From positions 200,696,001-200,760,000 of the forward strand of contig NC_086100.1 of NCBI RefSeq assembly GCF_963921235.1: a stretch of DNA of 64,000 nucleotides, given 5' to 3'. Both the position numbers and the translations under genes were made by a program. Position 1 is the first letter of the stretch, and each line of letters begins with the position of its first letter. Below the pieces are notes generated by a model. The model ran no database searches and was not told the DNA's origin. It worked only from the letters and a program-made list of their open reading frames with translations. This DNA comes from Mobula hypostoma (Eukaryota). This document shows, piece after piece, positions 11,301 through 21,393 of the stretch.

Positions 11301-12671
11301 TTTCATCCGAGATTTCTCTTTTTCAACTTTAGACAACCCTTGCCAGGGCTCTCCATGAAAGGGCAACACTCTCCTTTTATACCCAGTAATGTCTCCTGAG
11401 TCAAGTCTGTCCAGTATTTTGGTCAGTTCCTTGGCTCCTTGTATTTCAGGTTGACGTTCATCGACCCCAATCCCACTTTCCATCGCAATGTCAGCCATTT
11501 GCTCCAGGCTCAGCAAGGTCTGGCCCCTGTCCCTCTTTAGAATTACTTGTTTGATCTGACAACGGAGCTTTTCCACAAGTTCGGCCTCATTTACATTTGT
11601 CCGACCAATCCACTGTGGACGTTCTAACTTTAGATCTTTGAACAGTTTCTTCCCCTGCTCAGGGGTTATGTGTTGCTGATTGATGTGGGTGTTGACTATG
11701 AGAAAGAGTTTAGCTGGTGACTGTGTGAGAGAGGTGAGGAATTCTCTTTCCTTCTCACCGATAACGTCAATGAAAATAAAGAGAGCAGCAGATACTTTCG
11801 CCAGAAACTGAGCGTTTCCCTGGAAAGTTTCAGCATCACCTCGGAGGTTAATGAATGCAGCAGCCTCTGGGAAAATATCCGTGTTACTCTTCCCAGAAGG
11901 GAGATACCAGCTGATCTCAGCCATTCCATCGGATATCCTGCGGGGCACATTCCCACATTCCATCTCGGAATGCAGGAAGATGTTCTGCTGCAGCTGTGCC
12001 TGACTCAGGGTGAGATTGAGGATTCGGGATTTGGACACTGTGCACCTTCCCAGTCTGAGGAAGGACACCGTTGGCATGGCTGCTGTCACGATGGGCACCT
12101 CCACAATGGGGCTACTGTCTGTAGGAGAATGTGGGCACCATGTTTTAACAATGGGCCTCATGGCCCAGAGGAGAAGGGTGGCACCAGACCCCTCTGTGGG
12201 TCCCCTCACCTTGTCCATGGGGTGACTGTGTGTGTCTGGCATCAGAAAGGGTAATGCAAACTGGCACAGAGACATCTTCAGCATCAGTTCCTGCTGGAGA
12301 AAGTGGTCAGCACTGAGGAAAATGGCAGCAATGATATCCAGAGGATTCATCCCACCATCCCCTGGTGTTGTAACTTCAAAGAAATCATTAAATTCATTAT
12401 CATCATCGTCCTCACCGTCTGAGTACTGAGCAGGTGGCCATTCACTATTCCCCGCCAGTGAATTGCCTGTGAGGATCCTGAGGAGAAATCGCCAAGGAAG
12501 ATTTTCTGGTCGGGTTAGTTTGTTATTGTCTAGTTGATACCAGAATACCTCGCGCACGGACCTTAGTGACAGTTTGTGTGGATAATGATTCTGTAAGCCC
12601 AAATCATTCATAATTTGTGGGGTTCTAAGATTATCAGATTCATAATTTCCAGCCGGTGAAACTCTCGCCAT
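8334..12671 (-). CDS. Interferon-induced very large GTPase 1 / up-regulator of cell proliferation (VLIG/GVIN1/URGCP family), main ORF of 1445 aa
   Basis: 4.3-kb stop-free ORF. G1 motif GVQSTGKSTLLNTMF followed by FAVSSGRCTRG, G3 motif IDTEG, and family motifs HDNELAT, FVHQNV, LWHGTPPMAAVN and N-terminal NPLD...FLQQELMLKMSLCQFALP. Confidence 0.9.
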   Translation of the reverse strand: MARVSPAGNYESDNLRTPQIMNDLGLQNHYPHKLSLRSVREVFWYQLDNNKLTRPENLPWRFLLRILTGNSLAGNSEWPPAQYSDGEDDDDNEFNDFFEVTTPGDGGMNPLDIIAAIFLSADHFLQQELMLKMSLCQFALPFLMPDTHSHPMDKVRGPTEGSGATLLLWAMRPIVKTWCPHSPTDSSPIVEVPIVTAAMPTVSFLRLGRCTVSKSRILNLTLSQAQLQQNIFLHSEMECGNVPRRISDGMAEISWYLPSGKSNTDIFPEAAAFINLRGDAETFQGNAQFLAKVSAALFIFIDVIGEKEREFLTSLTQSPAKLFLIVNTHINQQHITPEQGKKLFKDLKLERPQWIGRTNVNEAELVEKLRCQIKQVILKRDRGQTLLSLEQMADIAMESGIGVDERQPEIQGAKELTKILDRLDSGDITGYKRRVLPFHGEPWQGLSKVEKEKSRMKHRGDRTTEVYNQELDREKNRIRESQLRQSLSEEMRLFVEHLTRHGGVDRAISLQWLKLELDSKSWEIMAGLRRIYKELCKDSKQKEKELKELDQKMSDSSLGLEHFMRDLGQIYELSVTGHKVTRRTQIHPKVLQFPGVAAELLLEGFPLELIDGDVSNVPIPWITAVLTEVANKVGRACRVFVLMVIGVQSTGKSTLLNTMFCLRFAVSSGRCTRGAYMQLIKITGSLAKELGCEFILVIDTEGLRAPELATLTDSYEHDNELATFVVGLSNLTLVNIGMENLSEMKDTLQIVVHSFIRMKETGKGPKCIFVHQNVGDVSAHDQNLRGRQKLLEQLDKMTEAAAKLEKVDRVTFRDVMDYDADKDNWYIPGLWHGTPPMAAVNTGYSEHVSQLKKNLIQCLLQQRKSQGAFTIPDFIKWMAGLWEQVKHENLIFSFQNSLFAEAYNHLSVKYKDWEWELHKFTHSWGNGAENRISNVKGDLTELLHNLEREIRTEMNKREGDTLDKLQALYESGADNVHLMEKYREEFKLSISSLCSRLQHDSMQRCRDAVNRQVGLQGVDNIWNNFHKKIGEQVKELLQKCKAANRVLGQQELQTEIQRMWKDTLSQLEYQPCRERHIEVDIENLLRKATKTQGRVINESLKREKFCKLGIQNFQIEEKHINVSYWRQGVGKLFPSRFKSDPDEAAMITKLIEDECRHWITDITEMDKDYDSKHCIELLNMIEEKVDNISHQHLSMSEVFKAEFKLHLCGYAASRFQEMHRRFIHKHDPRRRLENMESQYFDLFMDIYTEQDENQRQADRFARSCFLPALRDATLKSLSVKIVDDMKKHDPEPRYSLRNSFTVALLVQLKQTHQFDKYLQYIRDFENFTKDWLHQQVIKHCKTERDGESTFTRLAKEILTEITGQAKNIVQDAVKQNFAGNAQSFLNTFVEKLNTRISMPKDEMKLVLFQGGRDGKKCAEAILPCIEQVEQDLLSEVKGWNVKAKD

Positions 12672-13399
12672 TTGCTCTGAGAGTCTGAATGTACTCCTGT
12701 GTTCTGTATTCCTGTTTCTTAAAGGGGCCTTGTTTTCTCCTGAATTTCTCAGATATGCTGGTGTTTTGGAGTGATGGGATTTTTCATCTGACCTGGGTTC
12801 TATTTCTTGGATCTGTTATATTTCCCGGATTCCTGTCTGAGATATTTCTCTGTGCCGGAAATCCCTCTGGAGCACCCGAGTTCCTGTCCCTGGATCTCTG
12901 GGCTGGTTGTTTCTGTGTCTCTGGCTGCTGAGCCTCTGTTAGGCCTTGTTGCCCTGGAAGTGTGTTTACTGTGTACAGTCAGCAGGGGATCACCATGGTA
13001 ACCCGCAAATTGGTGACTACAGTTGTACCCGATCTATTTGAGAGCACAGCAGGGGAATTATGTACAAACTTGGTGCCTTTACCTCTTGAATGATGCACTT
13101 TCTTTGGAGGGAGTGTAACAGAGATCGTACTGATAGTGTCCTGGATAAGGTAAGAGAATCCTCGAAATAGTCTGCAGCTCGGGCAGCATCTGTGAATAAA
13201 TAAAAGCCAGAATGTCAATCGAGCCTGTCCGTGCACAGAGAACAGTGACAGAGCTAGAGGTGATGTCACGATTCACGAAGTGATGCCACAATTCAGCAGC
13301 TAACTGGTGAGTTGTAAACATGGATTGTCAGCAAGTCAGGCAGCATCTATAGAGGGGGATAAACAACCAACATTTTGGGCTGAGAACCTGATGAATTCC

Positions 13400-13815
13400 T
13401 GGTAACTTGTATCTATCAAAAAATGTGATAAATTTCCCAGTGATATCACCCCAGGCAGTGTGCTTGGGATATCTGTCATTCTCTATGTGGAAAAAAATCC
13501 TATCACTGACATCTCCCCTAAACTCTTCACTCACTTTAAACGGATGTCTGCTGGTATTGGCCATTGTTGCCATGGGAAGGAAGTGCTGGCTGTCACTCTC
13601 ACTATAGTCCCATCCTCCTTCACTCCAAAGAGAGAAGCCCTGGCTCACTCAAACTGTCCACATTAATGATCTTTAACTCTGGCAGTGTGTTCTTCTGCAC
13701 CCTCTCTAAACTTTCATATCCTTTTTATAATGAGGTGACCAGAACAGAACACAGTATTCCAAGTGTGGTCTAACCAGAGTTTTATAGAGCTGCCAAGATA
13801 CCTCACTGCTCTTGA
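13400..13815 (-). mobile_element. CR1 3' fragment
   Basis: Reverse complement of the [15 protein letters not shown] and 3' region. Confidence 0.7.
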
Positions 13816-13819
13816 AAGG

Positions 13820-14910
13820 AAAGGGCTTCCCTTCCTCCACCATCGATGTTGTCTTCAACCGCATCTCTTCAATTTCACCCATGTCTGCTCACCCCATCCT
13901 GCCACCACCCTACCAGTGATAGGGTTTCCCTCATCCTCATCCCACCAGCCTCCATGTCCAGCACATAATTCTCAGTAATTTCTGCCATCTCCAAAATGAT
14001 TCCACCAGCAAGCACACCTTTCCCCCCACCCCACTTTCTGCTGTCCACAGGGATCCCTTGTCCATTCGTCCCTTCCCACTGATCTCCCTCCTGGTACTTA
14101 TCCCTGCAGGCAGAACAAGTGCTACACCTGCCCCTACACCTCCTCCTTCACTACCATTCAGTCAAACTGTAATTCCAGGTGAGGTGACACTTCACCTGTG
14201 TGTCTGTTGGGGTCAGATACTATGTCCGGTGCTCCCGGTGCGGCCTCCTGTATATCAGTGAGACCCGACATAGATTGGGAGACCACTTCGCTGACCATCT
14301 ATGCTCATTCAGCCAGAAAAGGTGGGATCTCCCAGTGGTCACCCATTTTACTTCCACTTCCCATTCCCATTCCAATATGTCTGTCCATGGTCTCCTCCAC
14401 TGTCATGATGTCAGGTCAGAGGAACAACACCTTATATTCTGTCTGGGTAGCCTCCAACTTGATGGCATGAACATCGATTTCTCGAACCTCTGGTAGTAAC
14501 CCTCCCCCCTTCACCATTTCCCATCCCCTTTTCCTTCACTCACCTTAGTTTCTTACCTGTCCACCACCTCCCTCCGTTGCTCCTCCCCCATTTCTTTCTT
14601 CTATGGCCTTCTGTCATCTTCTATCAGATTCCCCTTTCTCCAGCCCTATATTTCTTTCACCAATCAACTTCCTAGCTCTTTACTTCACCCCTTCCCCCCC
14701 TCCCAGTTTCACCTGTCACCTTGTGTTTCTCCCTCCCCTCCCCACACCTTTTCACTCTGAATGCTCATCTTTTTTTCTCCAGTCCTGCTGAAGGGTCTCA
14801 GCCTGAAATGTCGATTACTCTTTTCCGTAGATGCTGCCTGGCCTGCTGAGTTCCTCCAGCATTTTGTGTGTGTTGTTTGGATTTCCAGCATCTGCAGATT
14901 TTCTCTTGTT
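13820..14910 (+). mobile_element. Penelope-like element remnant (GIY-YIG endonuclease and 3' terminal repeat)
   Basis: ORF 14200-14496 reads VRYYVRCSRCGLLYISETRHRLGDHFADH...LPVVTHF...EEQHLIFCLGSLQLDGMNIDF, a PLE GIY-YIG domain. A pyrimidine-rich tract and a hammerhead-like core at 14785-14808 follow. Confidence 0.88.
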
Positions 14911-15311
14911 TGTCACTGCTCTTGAACTCAGTCCCCAGACTTCTGAAGCCCAATACACCATACCCCTTCTTAAAAACCCTATCAGCCTGCACAGCACCTT
15001 GGAGTGATCTGTGGACATGGACCCCAAAATCCCCCTGGTCCTCCTCACTGCTAAGAAACCTGCCAATAGCCCTGTATTCTGCCTTCAAATCTGACCTTCA
15101 AAAGAGAATCAATTTGCACTTATGGGGTGTGAATTCCATCTGCCATTTTTCCGCTCATTCTGTGTCCTGTCAATATCCCAATGAACTAATAACAAACAAA
15201 TATCCAATCCCCAAATCGACTGACCTTTGTGTTACTGCAATCTTTTGAACCCACGACTCCATTTTCTCATCCAAATCATTCATAAAAATCACAAAATCCA
15301 GGGGTCTCAGA
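14911..15311 (-). mobile_element. CR1 RT fragment
   Basis: Minus-strand remnant EEDQGDFGVHVHRSLQ...KKGYGVLGF. Confidence 0.75.
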
Positions 15312-16745
15312 ACAGATCACTGTGGAACAGATCTAATCTTTGATTTCCAGACAAATACCCCTGGAACAGCTCTAATCATCCATCTTCAGGCAGATCCCTG
15401 TGGATCAGCTCTAATCATTGATCTCCAGACAGATGCTTGTAGATCAGCTCTAATCATTGATCTCCAGACAGATCCCCGTGGAACATCTCTAATCATCAAT
15501 CTCCATCGAGATCCACCTGGATCAGCTCTAATAATTAATCTCCAGAAAGATCCCACTAGATCAGTTCTAATTTTGAGCTCCAAACAGATCCCTGTGGATC
15601 AGCTCTAATCTCAAATCTCCAGACAGATTCCCCTGGAACAGCTATTATCACTAATCTCCAGACAGTTCCCTGTGGATCAGCTCTAATCATTGATCTCCAG
15701 AGAGATTCCTATGGATCCGCTCTCATCATTGATCTCTAGACAGATCCCCCGGAACAGCTCTAATCATCAATCTCATAGTCATAGTCATACTTTATTGATC
15801 CCGGGGGAAATTGTTTTTCATTACAGTTGCACCATAAATAATAAATAGTAATAGAACCATAAATAGTTAAATAGTAATATGTAATTTATGCCAGTAAATT
15901 CTGAAATAAGTCCAGGACCAGCCTATTGGCTCAGGGTGTCTGACCCTCCAAGGGAGGAGTTGTAAAGTTTGATGGCCACAGGCAGGAATGACTTCCTATG
16001 ACGCACTGTGTTGCATCTCGGTGGAATGAGTCTCTGGCTGAATGTACTCCTGTGCGCACCCAGTACATTATGTAGTGGATGGGAGACATTGTCCAAGATG
16101 GCATGCAACTTAGACAGCATCCTCTTTTCAGACACCACCGTCAGAGAGTCCAGTTCCATCCCCACAACATCACTGGCCTTACAAATGAGTTTATTGATTC
16201 TGTTGGTGTCTGCTACCCTCAGCCTGCTGCCCCAGCACACAACAGCAAACATGATAGCACTGGCCACCACAGACTCGTAGAACATCCTCAGCATCATCCA
16301 GCAGATGTTAAAGAACCTCAGTCTCCTCAGGAAATAGAGATGGCTCTGACCCTTCTTGTAGACAGCCTCAGTGTTCTTTGACCAATCCAGTTTATTGTCA
16401 ATTCGTATCCCCAGGTATTTGTAATCCTCCTCCATATCCACACTGAACCCCTGGATGGAAACAGAGGTCACCGGTACCTTAGCTCTCCTCAGATCTACGA
16501 CCAACTCCTCAGTCTTTTTCACATTAAGCTGCAGATAAATCTCCATCCAGATCCCCCTGGAACAGCTCTAATTATCGATCTCCAGACAGATCCCTGTGGA
16601 TCATCTCTAATCATTGATCTCCGGACAGATCCCCCTGGAACAGCTATTATCATTAATCTCCAGACAGATCCCCGTGGATCAGCTCTAATCATCGATCTCC
16701 AGACAGATCCCTGTGGATCAGTTCCAATTATCGATCTTCAGGCAG
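15312..16745. repeat. 39-bp minisatellite (about 17 units), interrupted by a Rex1-type LINE
   Basis: Unit is approximately cagatccctgtggatcagctctaatcattgatctccaga, present at 15312-15773 and about 16540-16745. Confidence 0.9.
15775..16537 (-). mobile_element. Rex1/Babar-type LINE, 5'-truncated 3' end
   Basis: ORF 15923-16546 reads LQLNVKKTEELVVDLRR...YKYLGIRIDNKLDW...LYFLRRLR...SFLPVAIKLYN. AATAAA and a (GACTAT)n tail follow. Possible 6-bp TSD aatctc. Confidence 0.85.
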
Positions 16746-17535
16746 AGTACTCTCATCTACTACCAATCTCTGCCTTCTGTGGGTGAGCCAATTCCAAATC
16801 TACTCTGCCAAGTGTCTGTCGATCCCATGTCGCTGACTTTCTGAATGAGCCTACTGATATGGAGATGCATTCACCGTTGTATTTTCACCAATATATTTAT
16901 TCCACCAATGAAAGCAGAATATTGATTAAGGACCCCTGCCTCCTCCGTCTCCAGGCACATGATTTCCCGTATTCCTGAGTGGTCTGACACTCACTCTCGT
17001 CATCCTCCTGTTTCTCACATATGTTAGAACGCCTTAATCCTACTTGCCAAGGCCTTCTCGAGTCTCCTTCCAGCTCTAATAAATGCTTTCTATGCACCCT
17101 CCTGACTACCTTATAATTGTGAAGAGCTCTAGAACATAGAACATGGAGCAACACAGCACAGGAACAGGCCGTTCGGCCCACAATGTTGTGTCAAACCAAC
17201 TCAATTAGTCATCAAATGGCCACCTAAACTAATCCCTTCTGTCTACATAATGTCTGCCCTGTCTGGTCTTTGCTTCCTAAAGCCTAATTGTGCTTCCTTC
17301 ATTCTCCTCACTAAATGTTCCACATCTCTTGACGACCATAGTTCCTTCACCCTGCCATCATTCCCCTGCCTGAATGGAACCCAATGCAAGTGCTCCTTAA
17401 ACAGCCTCCACATTTCTACTGTGCAATTCCCCGATAACGTCTCTTCCCACTAATGTACCCAAGTTATGTCCGCCTCATACTCTCATAATCAGCTCCCACC
17501 CCCCCGCCAATTTAAATACTCTCCTGTACCATCAG

Positions 17536-17694
17536 CTCCTATCCTTGTTCATGGCTGTGCCAAAGGTCAGGCTCCTAACCTTGTACATGATTGTGCTAAA
17601 TCTCAGTCTCCTAACTTTGTTCATGACTATGCCAAAGGTCAGGAGCCTATCCTTGTTCCTGACTGTGCTAAAGGTCAGGCTCCTATCCTTGTTC
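17536..17694. repeat. 36-bp tandem repeat, continued at 26738-26795 on the far side of a CR1 insertion
   Basis: Unit is approximately ctcctatccttgttcatgactgtgccaaaggtcagg. Confidence 0.85.
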
Positions 17695-20600
17695 GGAGAA
17701 GGAAGTCTGAGAATTGGAACGGGATTGCGGAGGAAGCCATTTTTGAAATTTTCGGTTTTTTTTTCCATCGGCGTTCAGAGAGGCGGGACTGCGCAGATGT
17801 GTGACGTTGCGAAGTGAAGCGCGGAAGATTTAAAAGGAATAGAGCCTTATATAGCGGGCAGCAGAGTGAGCCGGGAGCAGAGTGAAGGCTTAAGAGCTTC
17901 GGCTCAACGGGCTCTGGCGGAAATGGGCGAGGCGAAGAGGGTTTGGTATTAATTTTTCTTGTTATTTGAGGAGAGGGGCAGTATGAGTGTGAGGGCAGTT
18001 TGTTGTTCTCGGTGCTGGCTGTGGGAGGTCCTGGAGTCTCCAATCCTCCTGGACGTCCACATCTGCGCCAGGTGCGCCGAAATGCAGCTCCTAAGGGACT
18101 GCGTTAGGGAACTGGAGCTGCAGCTCGATGACCTTCGTCTGGTCAGGGAGAGTGAGGAGTTGATAGAGAGGAGTTACAGGCAGGTGGTCACACCGGGGCC
18201 ACGGGAGGCAGACCAGTGGGTCACGGTTAGGAGGGGGAAGGGGAAGAGCCAGGTAATAGAGTGTACCCCAGTGGCTGTTCCCCTTGACAATAGGTACTCC
18301 TGTTTGTCGTGGTACATATAGGTACCAATGACATAGGTAGGTAAAGGGAAGAGGTCCTGAAAGGAGAATATAGGGAGCTAGGAAGGGAGTTGAGAAAAAG
18401 GACCGCAAAGGTAGTAATCTCGGGATTACTGCCTGTGCCACGCGACAGTGAGAGTAGGAATGCAATGAGGTGGAGGATAAATGCGTGGTTGAGGGATTGG
18501 AGCAGGGGGCAGGGATTCAAGTTTTTGGATCATTGGGATCTCTTTTGGCGCAGGTGTGACCTGTACAAAAAGGACAGGTTACACTTGAATCCTTGGGGGG
18601 CCATATCCTGGCAGGGAGATTTCCAAGGGCTACTGAGGTGACTTTAAACTTAAATGGTTGGGGGGTGGGAATCAAAGAGACTAGGAGAGAGGAGATTAGG
18701 GGAATGGGAACCAGTGCAGAGAGACAGAGGGGTGAAAATGAGGGTAGAAGCAAAAAGTAGTAAGGTGAAAAGTAAAAGTGGCAGGTCGGCAAATCCAGGG
18801 CAAAGATCAAAAAGGGACACTTTTCAACATAATTGTATAAGGGCCAAGAGTGTTGTAAAAATGACCCTGAAGGCTTTGTGTGTCAATGCAAGGAGCATTT
18901 GTAACAAGGTGGATGAATTAAAAGTGCAGATTGTTATTAATGAATATGGTATAGATGATCACAGAGACATGGCTCCAGGGTGACCAAGGATGGGAGCTCA
19001 ACATTCAGGGATATTCAATATTCAGGAGGGATAGACTTGAACGAAAAGGAGGTGGGGTAGCATTGCTGGTTATGGAGGAGATTAACGCAATAGAAAGGAA
19101 GGACATCAGCTGGGAGGATGTGGAATCGATATGGGTGGAGCTGCGTAACACTAAGGGGCAGAAAACGCTAGTGGGAGTTGTGTACAGGCCACCTAACAGT
19201 AGTAGTGAGGTCGGAAATGGTATTAAACAGGAAATTAGAAATGTGTGCAATAAAGGAACAGCAGTTATAATGGGTGACTTCAATCTACATACAGATTGGA
19301 TGAACCAAATTGGTAAAGGTGCTGAGGAAGAGGATTTCTTGGAATATATGCGGGATGGTTTTTTGAACCAACATGTCGAAGAACCAACTAGAGAGCAGGC
19401 TATTCTAGACTGCGTATTGAGCAATGAGGAAGGGTTAATTAGCAATCTTGTCGTGAGAGGCCCCTTGGGTAAGAGTGACCATAATATGGTGGAATTCTTC
19501 ATTAAGATGGAGAGTGACATAGTTAATTCAGAAACAAAGGTTCTGAACTTAAAGAAGGGTAACTTTGAAGGTATGAGACGTGAATTAGCTAAGATAGACT
19601 GGCAAATGACACTTAAAGGGTTGACGGTGGATATGCAATGGCAAGCATTTAAAGGTTGCATGGATGAACTACAACAATTGTTCATCCCAGTTTGGCAAAA
19701 GAATAAATCAGGGAAGGTAGTGCACCCAAGGCTGACAAGGGAAATTAGGGGTAGTATCAATTGCAAAGAAGAAGCATACAAATTAGCCAGAAAAAGTGGC
19801 TCACCTGAAGACTGGGAGAAATTCAGAGTCCAGCAGAGGAGGACAAAGGGCTTAAATAGGAAAGGGAAAAAAGATTATGAGAGAAAACTGGCAGGGAACA
19901 TAAAAACTGACTATAAAACTTTTATAGATATGTAAAAAGGAAAAGACTGGTAAAGACAAATGTAGGTCCCCTACAGACAGAAACAGATGAATTGATTATG
20001 GGGAGCAAGGACATGGCAGACTAATTGAATAATTACTTTGGTTCTGTCTTCACTAAGGAGGACATAAATAATCTTCCGGAAATAGTAGGGGACAGAGGGT
20101 CCAGTGATTATTATCTGAATGGAGGAACTGAGGGAAATACATGTTAGTAGGGAAGTGGTGTTAGGTAAATTGAAGGGATTGAAGGCAGATAAATCCCTAG
20201 GGCCAGATGGTCTGCATCCCAGAGTGCTAAAGGAAGTAGCCCAAGAAATAGTGGATGCATTAGTGATAATTTTTCAAAACTCTTTAGGTTCTGGACTAGT
20301 TCCTGAGGATTGGAGTGTGAATAATGTAACCCCACTTTTAAAAAAAGGAGGGAGAGAGAAACCGGGGAATTATAGACCGGTTAGCCTAACATCGGTGGTG
20401 GGGAAAATGCTAGAGTCAGTTATCAAAGATGTGATAACATCACATTTGGAAAGCGGTGAAATCATCGGACAAAGTCAGCATGGATTTGTGAAAGGAAAAT
20501 CATGTCTGACAAATCTCATAGAATTTTTTGAGGATGTAACTAGTAGAGTGGATGGGATAGAACCAGTGGATGTGGTACATTTGGATTTTCAAAAGGCTTT

Positions 20601-21393
20601 TGACAAGGTCCCACACAGGAGATTAGTGTGCAAACTTAAAGCACACGGTATTGGGGGTAAGGTATTGATGTGGATAGAGAATTGGTTGGGAGACAGGAAG
20701 CAAAGAGTGGGAATAAACGGGACCTTTTCAGAATGGCAGGCAGTGACGAGTGGGGTACCGCAAGGCTCAGTGCTGGGACCCCAGTTGTTTACAATATATA
20801 TTAATGACTTAGATGAGGTAATTAAATGCAGCATCTCCAAGTTTGCGGATGACACGAAGCTGGGTGGCAGTGTTAGCTGTGAGGAGGATGCTAAGAGGAT
20901 TCAGGGTGACTTGGATAGGTTAGGTGAGTGGGCAAATTCATGGCAGATGCAATTTAATGTGGATAAATGCGAGGTTATCTACTTTGGTGGCAAAAACAGG
21001 AAAGCAGATTATTATCTGAATGGTGGCCGATTAGGAAGAGGGGAGGTGCAATGAGACCTGGGTGTCATTATACACCAGTCATTGAAAGTGGGCATGCAGG
21101 TACAGCAGGCGGTGAAAAAGGCGAATGGTATGCTGGCATTCATAGCAAGAGGATTCGAGTACAGGAGCAGGGAGGTACTACCGCAGTTGTACAAGGCCTT
21201 GGTGAGACCACACCTGGAGTATTGTGTGCAGTTTTGGTCCCCTAATCTGAGGAAAGACATCCTTGCCATAGAGGGAGTACAAAGAAGGTTCACCAGATTG
21301 ATTTTCATATGATGAAAGACTGGATCAACTAGGCTTATACTCGTTGGAATTTAGGAGATTGAGGGGGGATCTTATTGAAATGTATAAAATCCT

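Noticed and set aside
8187..12429. Many short plus-strand and alternative-frame ORFs over the VLIG gene
   Set aside because: Shadow ORFs of the long coding exon with no recognisable motifs.
15312..16745. CRISPR-like array or repeat-protein CDS
   Set aside because: It is a tandem minisatellite derived from CR1 sequence, with no spacers and with stops in the frames.
19005..19781. 258-aa antisense ORF in CR1, with a counterpart at 40682-41269
   Set aside because: It is shared only because the two CR1 copies are closely related. There is no independent evidence that it is coding.
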